From Acidobacteriota bacterium (GTDB taxonomy: Bacteria > Acidobacteriota > UBA6911 > RPQK01 > JADFOI01), in assembly GCA_036338435.1 (NCBI GenBank), contig JAYZCG010000037.1, positions 6,179 to 70,178 of the forward strand: a stretch of 64,000 nt of DNA, read 5' to 3'. The translations under genes and the position numbers were made by a program. The notes below the pieces were generated by a model that ran no database searches, was not told where the DNA came from, and saw only the letters and a program-made list of their open reading frames with translations. The number at the start of each line of letters is the position of its first letter. The first letter of the stretch is position 1. Shown here in pieces: positions 30,091 to 39,887 of the stretch.

Positions 30091-31593
30091 ATGTCCGAAC
30101 TTCCACAGATCACAAATCTTTTGGAGTTCTTTCTCTTTAACGGAAGGGCTATCGGTCCTCAGCTACATCTGATTCTCTGGGGATTGGGGTTGTTGTGTGT
30201 AGATTTCCTGATTCCCAAGAACAAAAGTCGTGTTGGGGCATTTTTTGCCACAGGCGGGATTGTGATGTCGGCAATTCATCTCTATAGACTTTGGGGTGAC
30301 ACCCAGCCTTCGGCTTTTTACGGGATGGTTACGCTCGATTCTTTTGCCATCTTCTTCAACATGCTCTTTCTGGTATCCGCTTTGTTAACAGTGGTGATGT
30401 CTTACCGGTACATGGAGGTGGAAGAGGAACAACGTACGGAATACTATGCATTAATTCTTTTTGCCACCTCCGGAATGATGTTTATGGCGGGTGCGATTGA
30501 TCTAATCAGTCTCTTTATTGGACTTGAACTGATGTCAATTGCTACATACATTTTGGTGGGATTTCTGCGGCGGAATAAACGATCTAATGAGGCTTCTATA
30601 AAGTACTTTCTATTGGGGGCTTTCTCAAGCGGTGTCATCTTGTATGGGATGTCTCTACTGTACGGACTAGGGGGTAGTACCAACTTAAGTGAAATTGCTT
30701 CACAGATCGCTGGGCTGCAGGATAATACACTCCTTTACTTGGCTACTTTTTTAATAATAGCGGGTCTGTGTTTTAAGATTGCTGCCGTTCCATTTCATAT
30801 GTGGGTTCCTGATGCATATGAAGGTGCACCAACTTCGATAACGGCGTTTATGTCGGTGGCTGTTAAAGCAGCAGCCTTTGCTATTTTCCTGCGCATTATC
30901 TTTGTGGTTTTTGCGGACTCGCGGGAGATGTACAGCTTTGTTTTGGCTGTGATTGCGATGATTACCATAACTTGGGGAAATGTGGCTGCCATAATCCAGC
31001 CAAATATAAAGCGCTTGCTGGCGTATTCTAGTATCGCCCATGCTGGATTCATTCTCATGGGGGTAGTAGTGGGAACCAGATCCGGAGTAACGGCTGTTGC
31101 TATCTATCTTTTGGCGTATACCTTCATGAATCTAGGTGCTTGGGCAGTAATGATTTTGCTGCGGCGCCAGGATATTTCAGGAGAAAGATTGGAAGATTTT
31201 AACGGTCTTTTTTTTAAGCACCCGGCCATTGCAATACTCATGTTGATATTTTTTCTTTCCCTGGCAGGGATTCCTCCCTTTGCCGGATTTGTCGCTAAGT
31301 ATTTTGTTTTTGCGTCAGTGATAGAAAGCATTTTTACAGAAGGCGGAGGTAATACTTCTATTTTGATATGGTTGGTTTTGGTGGCTGCTCTCAATGTAGT
31401 AGTTTCCCTGTACTACTACTTCCGCATTGTGGTGGCTATGTTTGTCAAGGAGGATTACTTGCCAGTTGGTGTGAGTTTCTCGGGAGGGCTAGTGTTAGTA
31501 TTGGTCATTACGGGCTCTCTAACGGTTCTGATCGGGATTTATCCACAGCCTTTTATTGACCTGGCTCGCGAGGCTAGTCAGTCCTTTCTTTGA
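30091..31593 (+). CDS. nuoN: NADH-quinone oxidoreductase subunit N
   Basis: 500-aa antiporter-like ND2 homolog. Last gene of the nuo operon. Confidence 0.92.
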   Translation: MSELPQITNLLEFFLFNGRAIGPQLHLILWGLGLLCVDFLIPKNKSRVGAFFATGGIVMSAIHLYRLWGDTQPSAFYGMVTLDSFAIFFNMLFLVSALLTVVMSYRYMEVEEEQRTEYYALILFATSGMMFMAGAIDLISLFIGLELMSIATYILVGFLRRNKRSNEASIKYFLLGAFSSGVILYGMSLLYGLGGSTNLSEIASQIAGLQDNTLLYLATFLIIAGLCFKIAAVPFHMWVPDAYEGAPTSITAFMSVAVKAAAFAIFLRIIFVVFADSREMYSFVLAVIAMITITWGNVAAIIQPNIKRLLAYSSIAHAGFILMGVVVGTRSGVTAVAIYLLAYTFMNLGAWAVMILLRRQDISGERLEDFNGLFFKHPAIAILMLIFFLSLAGIPPFAGFVAKYFVFASVIESIFTEGGGNTSILIWLVLVAALNVVVSLYYYFRIVVAMFVKEDYLPVGVSFSGGLVLVLVITGSLTVLIGIYPQPFIDLAREASQSFL

Positions 31594-31823
31594 CTGTTTG
31601 ATCAGACATTAATTCTTCTGCTAAATGCGTGGCACACGACCATATTAGAACACGATATTGAGGGTTCTTTGGACCCATTGCCATTGTGCATCTTTCTTGT
31701 TATGATCCACCCTTCTTCCGGCTCGGGGAAGCTAAGGTCGGGATGCTGATTTTTTGTTGGGAGCGAAGTGATCTCCCCTGAGTGTAGTGGTAGGGGACAG
31801 ACTTTTGGTAGGTTGTTTTCATT

Positions 31824-32066
31824 ATGTCCGGTCGGCGCGACGAATTTCTTGCGAAATCTTTCCAATATATGCAAGACAGCATCCGTAGAGCAGGACCAGC
31901 GGTTTCCGCTGGGTACACTCTGGTAGGAGCAATTCTTTTGTTGGGTGGTGTCGGATATCTGATTGACTGGTGGTGGTTTAACAGCCCCTCCTGGTTTTTA
32001 GTGGGGGGATTAATGCTGGGTATTGTCATCGGGTTCTACGAACTGGCCAAAGCTGTCTTTAGATAA
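31824..32066 (+). CDS. atpZ: AtpZ/AtpR-family small membrane protein (ATPase_gene1)
   Basis: 80 aa. Basic N-terminus, then 2 TMs with the GYLIDWWW motif. Located immediately upstream of atpI. Confidence 0.7.
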   Translation: MSGRRDEFLAKSFQYMQDSIRRAGPAVSAGYTLVGAILLLGGVGYLIDWWWFNSPSWFLVGGLMLGIVIGFYELAKAVFR

Positions 32067-32428
32067 TGAATTTCTTGTATTGCATCGTCGTGTCGTGTTT
32101 GGGTTCCTGGGGACTTGTCTCATTGGTGGTTTTTCCTGATGTGTTGGTAGAGACATTCCTTGGCATGGTGGCCCCATTGCTGTTGGCTATCGTGACGGTG
32201 CTCCTGGTGGAAAGGACTTATTCTCGAGAACCAGCCAAGCTTACAGTGCGTATGACAAAGGCATTTTTGGGTAAGATGCTTTTCTATGGTATTTACATCT
32301 CACTGGTTTTAGGCGTTTTTCTATTTCAGGCAACACCATTTATCATCAGTTTCACTGTATATTTTTTGGGACTTCATCTGGCCGAGGCTCTACATTTCCG
32401 TGTTCTCTTCCAGACCTGTTCAGATTAG
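32066..32428 (+). CDS. atpI: ATP synthase protein I
   Basis: 120-aa, 4-TM protein preceding atpB. Confidence 0.65.
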   Translation: MNFLYCIVVSCLGSWGLVSLVVFPDVLVETFLGMVAPLLLAIVTVLLVERTYSREPAKLTVRMTKAFLGKMLFYGIYISLVLGVFLFQATPFIISFTVYFLGLHLAEALHFRVLFQTCSD

Positions 32429-32441
32429 GGATGCAATGATG

Positions 32442-33362
32442 AACATAGAGACAGTTGAGATGGTCCAACATACTGAGGGATTTGATGCGGGGACAATGAT
32501 TATTGAGCATATTGCCAATAGCTCCATCGATCATCCAATTATCCACTTGCCCCAGGTGCTTGGTATTGATTTTTCTGTCACAAAGCATGTCCTGATGTTG
32601 TGGGTTGTTGCAGCTTTTCTATTCGTCGTTATAACTTGGACAACCCGAAGATATCTGCGACAGGATCGACCGGTACCTACCGGGTTTATGAATGGCCTGG
32701 AAATGGTTGTGCAGGGTATTCGTGACTCTATCGTTCGTCCGAATGTGGGGGACAAGTTCGTGAATACCTGGACTCCTCTTGTACTGACATTTTTTGTTTT
32801 CATTCTGAGTGCCAACGCAGTTGGATTAATTCCCATTTTTGAAATCATTGGCCTTCTGGATCGTTTTGTTTTGCACACAGCTCATGGGTCTTTTATTAAC
32901 AGCGTGTTGCATGGAGGGACGACAATCACAGCCAACTTTAATGTCACGGCTGCCTTGGCCACGATCACTTTTTTTTCTATCATCATTGCGGGAACAAAAG
33001 CCCATGGGTTTCTCCAACATTGGAAGAATCTAGCCCCGGGTGGTCTTGCTTGGCCCATTTATATTATTTTAATTCCGATCGAAATTATGGGAATGCTAGT
33101 GAAGCCTTTTGCGTTAACTATGAGGTTGGCGGCTAACATGACAGGAGGGCATATAGCCATTCTTTCCATTCTTTCTTTTGTTTTTATATTCAGCGAGTTG
33201 TTTCAAACTGCTCTGGCCGGGGTGGGCGTTGGTCTATTCGTGTCGATTCCTTTGGCTGTAGCTATTTCCGCTTTGGAGATCATCGTTGTGTTGGTTCAGG
33301 CGTATGTCTTTACTCTTTTGACGGCTGTGTTTATCGGTATGGTAATTAACGTTCACCACTAA
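32442..33362 (+). CDS. atpB: F0F1 ATP synthase subunit a
   Basis: C-terminal LRLAANMTGGH contains the essential Arg of subunit a. Polytopic. Start placed at MMNIE. Confidence 0.9.
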   Translation, partial: NIETVEMVQHTEGFDAGTMIIEHIANSSIDHPIIHLPQVLGIDFSVTKHVLMLWVVAAFLFVVITWTTRRYLRQDRPVPTGFMNGLEMVVQGIRDSIVRPNVGDKFVNTWTPLVLTFFVFILSANAVGLIPIFEIIGLLDRFVLHTAHGSFINSVLHGGTTITANFNVTAALATITFFSIIIAGTKAHGFLQHWKNLAPGGLAWPIYIILIPIEIMGMLVKPFALTMRLAANMTGGHIAILSILSFVFIFSELFQTALAGVGVGLFVSIPLAVAISALEIIVVLVQAYVFTLLTAVFIGMVINVHH

Positions 33363-33386
33363 AATAGAAATTAGGAGGTTACCTTA

Positions 33387-33611
33387 ATGGAAGTTTTGCA
33401 TTATTTCGGTGCTGCTATAGGACTTGGTTTAATTGTGATCGGTGCTGGTCTGGGAATTGGTAGGTTTACCGCCGCCGCCGCTGAAAGTATTGCCCGTCAG
33501 CCTTCGGCCGCCGATAAGATTACCGGGGCTGTTAATTTGCCACTTTTTCTACTCGAAGGGGTCGCCATTTTAGCGGAGGTATTTGTTCTGTTGGTTGTCC
33601 TTATGAAGTGA
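33387..33611 (+). CDS. atpE: F0F1 ATP synthase subunit c
   Basis: 74-aa hairpin protein with an ion-binding Glu in LLEGVAIL. GGAGG RBS. Confidence 0.93.
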   Translation: MEVLHYFGAAIGLGLIVIGAGLGIGRFTAAAAESIARQPSAADKITGAVNLPLFLLEGVAILAEVFVLLVVLMK

Positions 33612-33662
33612 CCGATACTAGTTATGATGAACTGTTTTTAAATAGATCGGACGGAGAGTGTT

Positions 33663-34166
33663 ATGGATAATCCTCTGGTTCAGCTAGATCCGGGGTTGTT
33701 TATTTGGACAATTTTAACTTTTCTAGTGCTCCTGGCGTTGTTGGGTAAATTTGCCTGGAAACCCCTTCTTGCAGCGTTGGATAGGCGTCATGAGATGATC
33801 AATGATGCCTTGGACAATGCGGAAAAGGCGAAACAGGAGTTAGGACAACTTCAGCAAGATTCAGCAAAGATTGTCTCCGAAGCCAGAACTGAGGCCCAGG
33901 AAATCGTGGGGAAGAGCAGAGTTGAGGCAGAAAAGCTAAAAGGGGACATGGTGGAAAAGGCGAGAGAGGAAGCTGATTTCATCGTGCGTAATGCGGAAAA
34001 GAAAATTGAATTGGAGATGGCAAAGGCTCTCGCAGAACTTCGTAACGAAGTAGCGGACTTGTCACTTCTGGTTGCCTCCAAGCTGATTCAAAAGAATCTT
34101 TCAAAAGAAGAGAATCAAGTACTCATCGAGGAGTCTCTCAAGAAGATCGAAGCCTATCGAACTTAA
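33663..34166 (+). CDS. atpF: F0F1 ATP synthase subunit b
   Basis: N-terminal TM followed by a long charged helix. 167 aa. Confidence 0.88.
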   Translation: MDNPLVQLDPGLFIWTILTFLVLLALLGKFAWKPLLAALDRRHEMINDALDNAEKAKQELGQLQQDSAKIVSEARTEAQEIVGKSRVEAEKLKGDMVEKAREEADFIVRNAEKKIELEMAKALAELRNEVADLSLLVASKLIQKNLSKEENQVLIEESLKKIEAYRT

Positions 34167-34285
34167 ACGGATCAATTGATTTTATGAGAGATGTTTCTAT
34201 CTTCAAACCGATTTTGCTTCTACAACGAATTCATAGCTGATAAGATCGCACAAGAATTTGTTGAAGAGATGAACGGAGTAATATC

Positions 34286-34723
34286 ATGCCTCGTCTAAAG
34301 TTTGTCGTTGCTGGAGGGCTTATACTTGGGGCCATAACCTATCTGATGTTCAGTGGGATCAGCGATTCTATGGTCTATTACTATACGGTTTCCGAGGCTT
34401 TGGAATTGGCCCAGGAGGATGCCGGAAAAGGAATTCGTGTCAGTGGTTATGTCTCTTCTGGCACTATTGAAAGAGAAGAAAGTGAATCTAGGGTGGGGTT
34501 TTTAGTCTATGATAGGGATGGTGCACATACTTTACCTGTTGTCTATCAGGGTATTATCCCTGACACTTTCAAAGATGATGCTGAGGTGGTGGTGGAAGGC
34601 AACTACGACCTAGAGGAGGAAGTCTTTCATGCAAATGTGCTACTGGCTAAGTGTCCTTCCAAGTATGAAGCTATGGGCGACGAACATCCCGAAGACATTT
34701 CCTTGGCTGAAGAAGCCAATTGA
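34286..34723 (+). CDS. ccmE: cytochrome c maturation heme chaperone CcmE, CxxxY variant
   Basis: N-terminal TM and OB-fold region. The C-terminal LAKCPSKYE replaces the canonical LAKHDEXY: Cys at 34652-34654 and Tyr at 34664-34666. Confidence 0.85.
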   Translation: MPRLKFVVAGGLILGAITYLMFSGISDSMVYYYTVSEALELAQEDAGKGIRVSGYVSSGTIEREESESRVGFLVYDRDGAHTLPVVYQGIIPDTFKDDAEVVVEGNYDLEEEVFHANVLLAKCPSKYEAMGDEHPEDISLAEEAN

Positions 34724-34732
34724 GTAAAGTCG

Positions 34733-36715
34733 ATGGTCAATCTGGGCCATTATTGTCTGATAGCATCTTTCGTTGTTTGTAGCTATGGGATCCTTGCGTC
34801 TGTCTGGGGGGGCATCAAGAACCACCTTCCCTCCGTCCGTAGTGCAGAAAACAGTGTAATTGCCAATTTTGCTTTCATAGTAGTAGCTTCTATCTGTCTC
34901 TGGTATCTGCTCCTTACGGATCAGTTCCAAGTTGAATATGTAGCTGGCTACAGTGCAACCGATATTCCAAATCGGTTTAAATTTACTGCCTTTTGGGGGG
35001 GTCAAAAAGGTAGTCTCCTTCTCTGGTCTTTGGTGTTGTCACTGTTTTCGTTCGTTCTTGTAGTTCAGAATAGGTACCGCTATCGAGATTTGATGCCTTA
35101 TGCCACGGCCGTTCTCTTAGGCATAAATTTATTTTTTGTGCTTGTATTGAATTTTGCCACCAATCCTTTTGAGGTTATGGATTTTGCACCGGCTGACGGG
35201 CAGGGACTCAACCCATTGCTTCAAAACTGGTACATGATTATTCACCCCCCGAGTTTGTTTTTAGGCTATGTTGGCGTGGCTGTTCCCTTTGCTTTGACCA
35301 TGGGCGCCCTTATCGTTGGGCGTTTGGATACCTCATGGGTGCGTACCACGCGTCGTTGGGCTCTTGTGGCCTGGATTTTCCTCACCTTTGGGCTGACGTT
35401 GGGTGGTAGATGGGCTTACGAAGAACTGGGATGGGGAGGCTATTGGGCATGGGATCCGGTTGAAAACGCATCATTGATGCCCTGGCTTGTTACTACGGCA
35501 TTTCTCCATTCTGTAATGATCACAGAGAAAAAGGGGATGCTCAAGGTCTGGAATTTCACGCTTGTTTTACTGGCCTTCGAACTTTCCATCTTCGGGACTT
35601 TCATTACCCGTAGCGGAATAGTTTCCTCGGTTCATTCCTTTGCTCTGTCAAATCTCGGGCCGTTTTTTTTAGTTTTTCTGATCACAAGTACACTTTTTGG
35701 TCTTTTCTGGATCTTCTATCGTTCATCGGAGTTGCAGAGCGAACAGAGGATGAGGTCTTTCCTTTCCAGAGAGGCATCCTTTCTACTCAACAACCTTTTA
35801 TTTGTAGGCATTTGCTTCACTGTTTTTTGTGGAACGGTATTTCCAATTATTTCGGAGTTGGTCACAGGTGAGAAGATTTCAGTCTCGATACCGTTTTTCA
35901 ATACCGTCAACATGCCATTGGGTCTAGCACTATTGATTTTAACCGGAATATGCCCACTCATAGCTTGGCGAAAAGCCTCATGGAAAAATTTTCGGAGAAA
36001 CTTTGTAGTCCCTCTGACGATAGGTCTAGCGACCGGTGGCATTCTTTTCATGTTGGGTGTACGCGAGTTCATTCCATTAATATTCTTCTGTTCCTGTGGA
36101 TTTGTCACCACGACAATGGTGTATGAATTTTATAAAGGTGCACGTGCTCGCCAAACCATTAGACCTTCGGGTTTTCTAGTGGCTTTGACCGACCTTACCC
36201 TAATGAACAAACGCCGTTACGGGGGCTTTATTATTCACGTAGGGGCAGTTCTTGTATTTGCTGGCATTGTTGGTAGTTCTTTCTTCAAGAGTGAGGGGCT
36301 CTTCACTGTGGTTGCTGGAGAGGAGTTTACACTAGGCGATTATACCGGCCGATTTTTAGATATAACTTCAAGAAGTGATCCAGAGAAAGATGTGGTGTCA
36401 GCACGTTTAGAGATCTTGAAGGGAGGAGTGAGCAAAGGCCAATTGACCCCGGAAAAACACTTCCATCACAAAAATGAGCAACCAATGACGGAGGTGAAGA
36501 TCCACTCGACCTTAATGGAGGATCTTTATGTAGTTTTGTCGGGTTGGGATGATCAGCAACGGGTTACCTTTAATGTTTTTATCAATCCGATGGTTCAGTG
36601 GATCTGGATTGGCATTGGTGTCATGGTGCTCGGGGGTGTATTTGTTCTCTTGCCCAACAAGAAGGTGGTCGTTTTAAAGAGATCTATGCAGGAGGTCGGA
36701 GATGGGGGTGCTTAA
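34733..36715 (+). CDS. ccmF: cytochrome c-type biogenesis protein CcmF (heme lyase subunit)
   Basis: 660 aa. WGGYWAWDPVENASLMPWL is the WWD domain. Multiple TM helices. Confidence 0.93.
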   Translation: MVNLGHYCLIASFVVCSYGILASVWGGIKNHLPSVRSAENSVIANFAFIVVASICLWYLLLTDQFQVEYVAGYSATDIPNRFKFTAFWGGQKGSLLLWSLVLSLFSFVLVVQNRYRYRDLMPYATAVLLGINLFFVLVLNFATNPFEVMDFAPADGQGLNPLLQNWYMIIHPPSLFLGYVGVAVPFALTMGALIVGRLDTSWVRTTRRWALVAWIFLTFGLTLGGRWAYEELGWGGYWAWDPVENASLMPWLVTTAFLHSVMITEKKGMLKVWNFTLVLLAFELSIFGTFITRSGIVSSVHSFALSNLGPFFLVFLITSTLFGLFWIFYRSSELQSEQRMRSFLSREASFLLNNLLFVGICFTVFCGTVFPIISELVTGEKISVSIPFFNTVNMPLGLALLILTGICPLIAWRKASWKNFRRNFVVPLTIGLATGGILFMLGVREFIPLIFFCSCGFVTTTMVYEFYKGARARQTIRPSGFLVALTDLTLMNKRRYGGFIIHVGAVLVFAGIVGSSFFKSEGLFTVVAGEEFTLGDYTGRFLDITSRSDPEKDVVSARLEILKGGVSKGQLTPEKHFHHKNEQPMTEVKIHSTLMEDLYVVLSGWDDQQRVTFNVFINPMVQWIWIGIGVMVLGGVFVLLPNKKVVVLKRSMQEVGDGGA

Positions 36716-37163
36716 CGCGTCTTTTCTGGGACTCGTTTTGTCTAGTTCCTTGATCTGGGCTCAGGTTTCTCCTAGGGAGGAAATTGTCAATAGGGCCATC
36801 GAAAATCTGATGTGCACTTGTGGGTGTCCACATCTGATTGGTCAATGTGGGGATGAATGTGGTGTGGCTCCTCAATTGATTAATGAAATCTCAGCTCTCG
36901 TGGATAGAGGAAGTACGGAAGACGAAGTTTATGCTGCATTTGAAGCCAAATACGGACTGGTCGTTCTTGCCGTTCCCAGGATGGAGGGGTTTAATATGTT
37001 GCTCTGGATATTACCCTTCCTAGGTATATTTATAGGAGCCGTCGTCGTGTTCGTAGTATTCAAGCGCTTGAAGCCTAGTGGTAGAGATGATGGAAGGCAG
37101 AGAGGGGAAACACACATTAGTAGTGAATACCGTGAGCTCATCGACAGGGAAGTGGGGCGTTAG
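36702..37163 (+). CDS. ccmH: cytochrome c-type biogenesis protein CcmH/NrfF family
   Basis: Signal peptide, redox-active Cys cluster (LMCTCGCPHLIGQC) and a C-terminal TM anchor. Confidence 0.75.
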   Translation: MGVLNASFLGLVLSSSLIWAQVSPREEIVNRAIENLMCTCGCPHLIGQCGDECGVAPQLINEISALVDRGSTEDEVYAAFEAKYGLVVLAVPRMEGFNMLLWILPFLGIFIGAVVVFVVFKRLKPSGRDDGRQRGETHISSEYRELIDREVGR

Positions 37164-37475
37164 ATGGCTTTGTTGATTGCTCCAATCTTGTTGATTACAG
37201 CAGTTTTGTATATTGCCTATCCTCTTCTCAAGGAGGAGAGTGAACCTGAAGATCAGATGGCCGACGAAAGGAATGCCGAAGACCAAGCCCTTCAGAATAG
37301 GAGTGATATTATCGCTGTCCTAAAGGACATTGATATGGATTATCGCATGGGTAAACTGTCTAAACACGACTATGAAACTCTGAAGGGTGATTTTGAGAAC
37401 CGTGCTGTAGAGGCATTTCAGCGACTCAAATCGTTTCAGACAAAGGGTGGTCAATCCGAGAAGATAAAGTCCTGA
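37164..37475 (+). CDS. short CcmI/CycH-like membrane protein (TM + charged helix, no TPR region)
   Basis: N-terminal TM followed by DIIAVLKDIDMDYRMGKLSKHDYETLKGDFENR. This resembles the segment after the TM in the CcmI portion of E. coli CcmH. Confidence 0.5.
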   Translation: MALLIAPILLITAVLYIAYPLLKEESEPEDQMADERNAEDQALQNRSDIIAVLKDIDMDYRMGKLSKHDYETLKGDFENRAVEAFQRLKSFQTKGGQSEKIKS

Positions 37476-37477
37476 AA

Positions 37478-38206
37478 ATGTTGGATTCCCCTATTTCTCT
37501 TTTACAACTTTCTCGAGTCACTAAAACATTCGGGCCGGTCAAAGCCGTCTTGAATGTTGACTTAGAAATCTGTGTGGGAGACTTCTTAGCTATTTTTGGA
37601 CCCAATGGAGCAGGCAAAACGACCCTGTTAAAAGTAATAGCTGGGTTGACTCAACCAACCAGTGGAACGGTTCAATTTGCATTACAGAACTACAAAATTG
37701 GACGAGAAAAGGTAGGTTACGTCTCCCACCAGAGTTTTCTCTACAATGAACTTACGGGAACTGAAAACCTCAAGTTTTATGGACACTTATATGGGGTTAG
37801 TGATACCACTGGACGGGCCAACACGATGCTTGACAAGATGGGGCTTCGGGATGCTTGTAGTCAGAGGGTTCGTGGATATTCACGGGGTATGAAACAGAGG
37901 CTGACTCTGGCCCGTGCGCTTTTAAACGAACCTGATCTCCTCTTACTTGACGAGCCTTATACAGGGTTGGACCACCATGGCAGTCAACTTCTCACTGAAG
38001 TGTTATACGGTCTTAAGGAAGAAGGACGAACTATTTTGCTCATTACACATAATCTGCGTGCAGGACTGGAATTGTGTAGTAGAGTTGTCATTCAGAATAG
38101 AGGGGAAATAGTCTTTCAGGGATTGCGTCAGCAAGTTGATGTGGCTGAGTTTGAGAAGCTCTACTTTCAAGTGGTCGAAGATAGCAAAGGGCCACGAAGG
38201 ACATAA
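37478..38206 (+). CDS. ccmA: heme exporter ATP-binding protein CcmA
   Basis: GPNGAGKTTLL Walker A, ABC signature YSRGMKQRL, Walker B LLLLDEP. Confidence 0.88.
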   Translation: MLDSPISLLQLSRVTKTFGPVKAVLNVDLEICVGDFLAIFGPNGAGKTTLLKVIAGLTQPTSGTVQFALQNYKIGREKVGYVSHQSFLYNELTGTENLKFYGHLYGVSDTTGRANTMLDKMGLRDACSQRVRGYSRGMKQRLTLARALLNEPDLLLLDEPYTGLDHHGSQLLTEVLYGLKEEGRTILLITHNLRAGLELCSRVVIQNRGEIVFQGLRQQVDVAEFEKLYFQVVEDSKGPRRT

Positions 38207-38217
38207 CGGAAGGCAGA

Positions 38218-38895
38218 ATGAATCAAGCTATTCTCACTTGGATATTGGCAGAAAAGGATCTCAAGGTAGAATGTCGGTCACCTCAAGCTTTTTTGACCAC
38301 GATTTTCTTTGCTGTACTAATCTTAGTGGTTTTTAATTTCGCCTTCGATCCCGGTAGTCAGGCTACCCGGGAAGCGACCCCAGGAATCCTATGGGTGGCA
38401 TTACTTTTTCCTGGCATTATTCAACTAAATCGTTCTTTTCAGAGCGAGATGGAAGAGGGCACTCTGTATGGCTTGACTTTATCACCGATCGATCGCGGAC
38501 TCTTGTATATGGGCAAACTTCTTGCCAACTGGGCTTTTTTAGTAGTGGTGGATCTTTTGGTTCTCGTGGTATTTATCATTTTCTACAATTTCAGTTTCTC
38601 AGTTCAGATGCTTTGGGTGGCTCTGATTATCGTTTTGGCAAGTGTCGGTTTCACAGCTGTTGGCACCATTTTTGCCGCAATGCTTTGTAGCATGCGTACC
38701 AGGGAAGTGTTGCTGCCCATTTTACTCTTTCCAATAATCATCCCTATAATTCTAGCAGCGGTCAATGGGACCCAGGAGGTGCTTATCTTGGGAGAGACTG
38801 AGTTTCTTAAGAGATGGCTTCAGTTATTGATTTCATTCGATGTTATTTTCGTAGCTACAGGATTTTTACTATTTGACTATGTCGTTGCAGATTGA
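38218..38895 (+). CDS. ccmB: heme exporter protein CcmB
   Basis: 225-aa, 6-TM permease in ccmA-B-C order. Confidence 0.85.
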   Translation: MNQAILTWILAEKDLKVECRSPQAFLTTIFFAVLILVVFNFAFDPGSQATREATPGILWVALLFPGIIQLNRSFQSEMEEGTLYGLTLSPIDRGLLYMGKLLANWAFLVVVDLLVLVVFIIFYNFSFSVQMLWVALIIVLASVGFTAVGTIFAAMLCSMRTREVLLPILLFPIIIPIILAAVNGTQEVLILGETEFLKRWLQLLISFDVIFVATGFLLFDYVVAD

Positions 38896-39616
38896 TCAGC
38901 ATTCTCGGAAACTTGCCAGGCGGTATATCCAAGTGGCTACTGGACTTCTGATTCCGCTATATGTGTTGATTGCAGTAGCTCTCTATGGGATATTTATTTA
39001 TGCTCCCACCGAGAGGGAGATGGGCGATGTGCAACGGATCTTTTACTTCCATATGGGCACTGCCTGGAATGCTTTCCTCACTTTCTTCGGTGTTTTTGTG
39101 GCTGGGATAGCCTATCTTGTCACTCGCAAAGCATGGTGGGATAGTCTTGCAGCTGCGTGTGCTGAAATAGGTATGGTTTTCACCTCAATTGTTATGATAA
39201 CCGGGTCGATCTGGGCCAAGCCAATCTGGAATACCTGGTGGGCATGGGGTGATCCTCGGTTGATGACCACAATGGTTTTGTGGCTCATTTATGCGGCCTA
39301 CTTCCTTCTTCGGTCTAGCTTCCCGGAGGGTGATAAAAAGTATAAATATTGTGCTGTGTTCGGGATCATTGGTTTTCTAGATGTCCCGCTTGTTTGGATG
39401 TCTATCCGTTGGTGGAGAACCATCCATCCGGTTGTGATAACAGGGGATGGAGCAGAACTGGCGTCGGAGATGATACATGTATTGATTATCTCTTTGATCG
39501 CAACGACCGTTCTCTGCATCACGTTGGTAGCATTGCGAATGGCTATGCGTTTAAATGCTAGTGTGGTTGATGAGATCGTTCAGAAATTTGAACGGCGGGG
39601 GGTTACGAGATCATGA
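38873..39616 (+). CDS. ccmC: heme exporter protein CcmC
   Basis: WNTWWAWGDPRL WWD motif, with conserved His residues. Confidence 0.9.
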   Translation: MTMSLQIDQHSRKLARRYIQVATGLLIPLYVLIAVALYGIFIYAPTEREMGDVQRIFYFHMGTAWNAFLTFFGVFVAGIAYLVTRKAWWDSLAAACAEIGMVFTSIVMITGSIWAKPIWNTWWAWGDPRLMTTMVLWLIYAAYFLLRSSFPEGDKKYKYCAVFGIIGFLDVPLVWMSIRWWRTIHPVVITGDGAELASEMIHVLIISLIATTVLCITLVALRMAMRLNASVVDEIVQKFERRGVTRS

Positions 39617-39747
39617 ACTTTCTTTTTGCAGGGTATCTTGCGGTGTGGACAATTCTATTCGTTTATCTTGCTTACCTTATGAAAAGTCAAAAGCAGGTTA
39701 ATGCTAAGTTAGAGAAACTCTTAGACAAACTGGACAATGAACATTGA
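39613..39747 (+). CDS. ccmD: heme exporter protein CcmD (44 aa)
   Basis: MNFLFAGYLAVWTILFVYLAYLMKSQKQVNAKLEKLLDKLDNEH, found manually. ATGA overlap with the ccmC stop. Typical single-TM CcmD. Below the ORF-track size cutoff. Confidence 0.7.
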   Translation: MNFLFAGYLAVWTILFVYLAYLMKSQKQVNAKLEKLLDKLDNEH

Positions 39748-39887
39748 TCGTATCGTGTGAATGAGAGATGGTCTGTGCAACAAAAGGTTGTGCGCTGGCC
39801 TCTTTCCAATCCCCAGGATGTTCTAGAATTTTTAAATAGCCCATCACTATTCTCTTACTCCGTTGTGGCCGTACGGTATTGCGTTCC

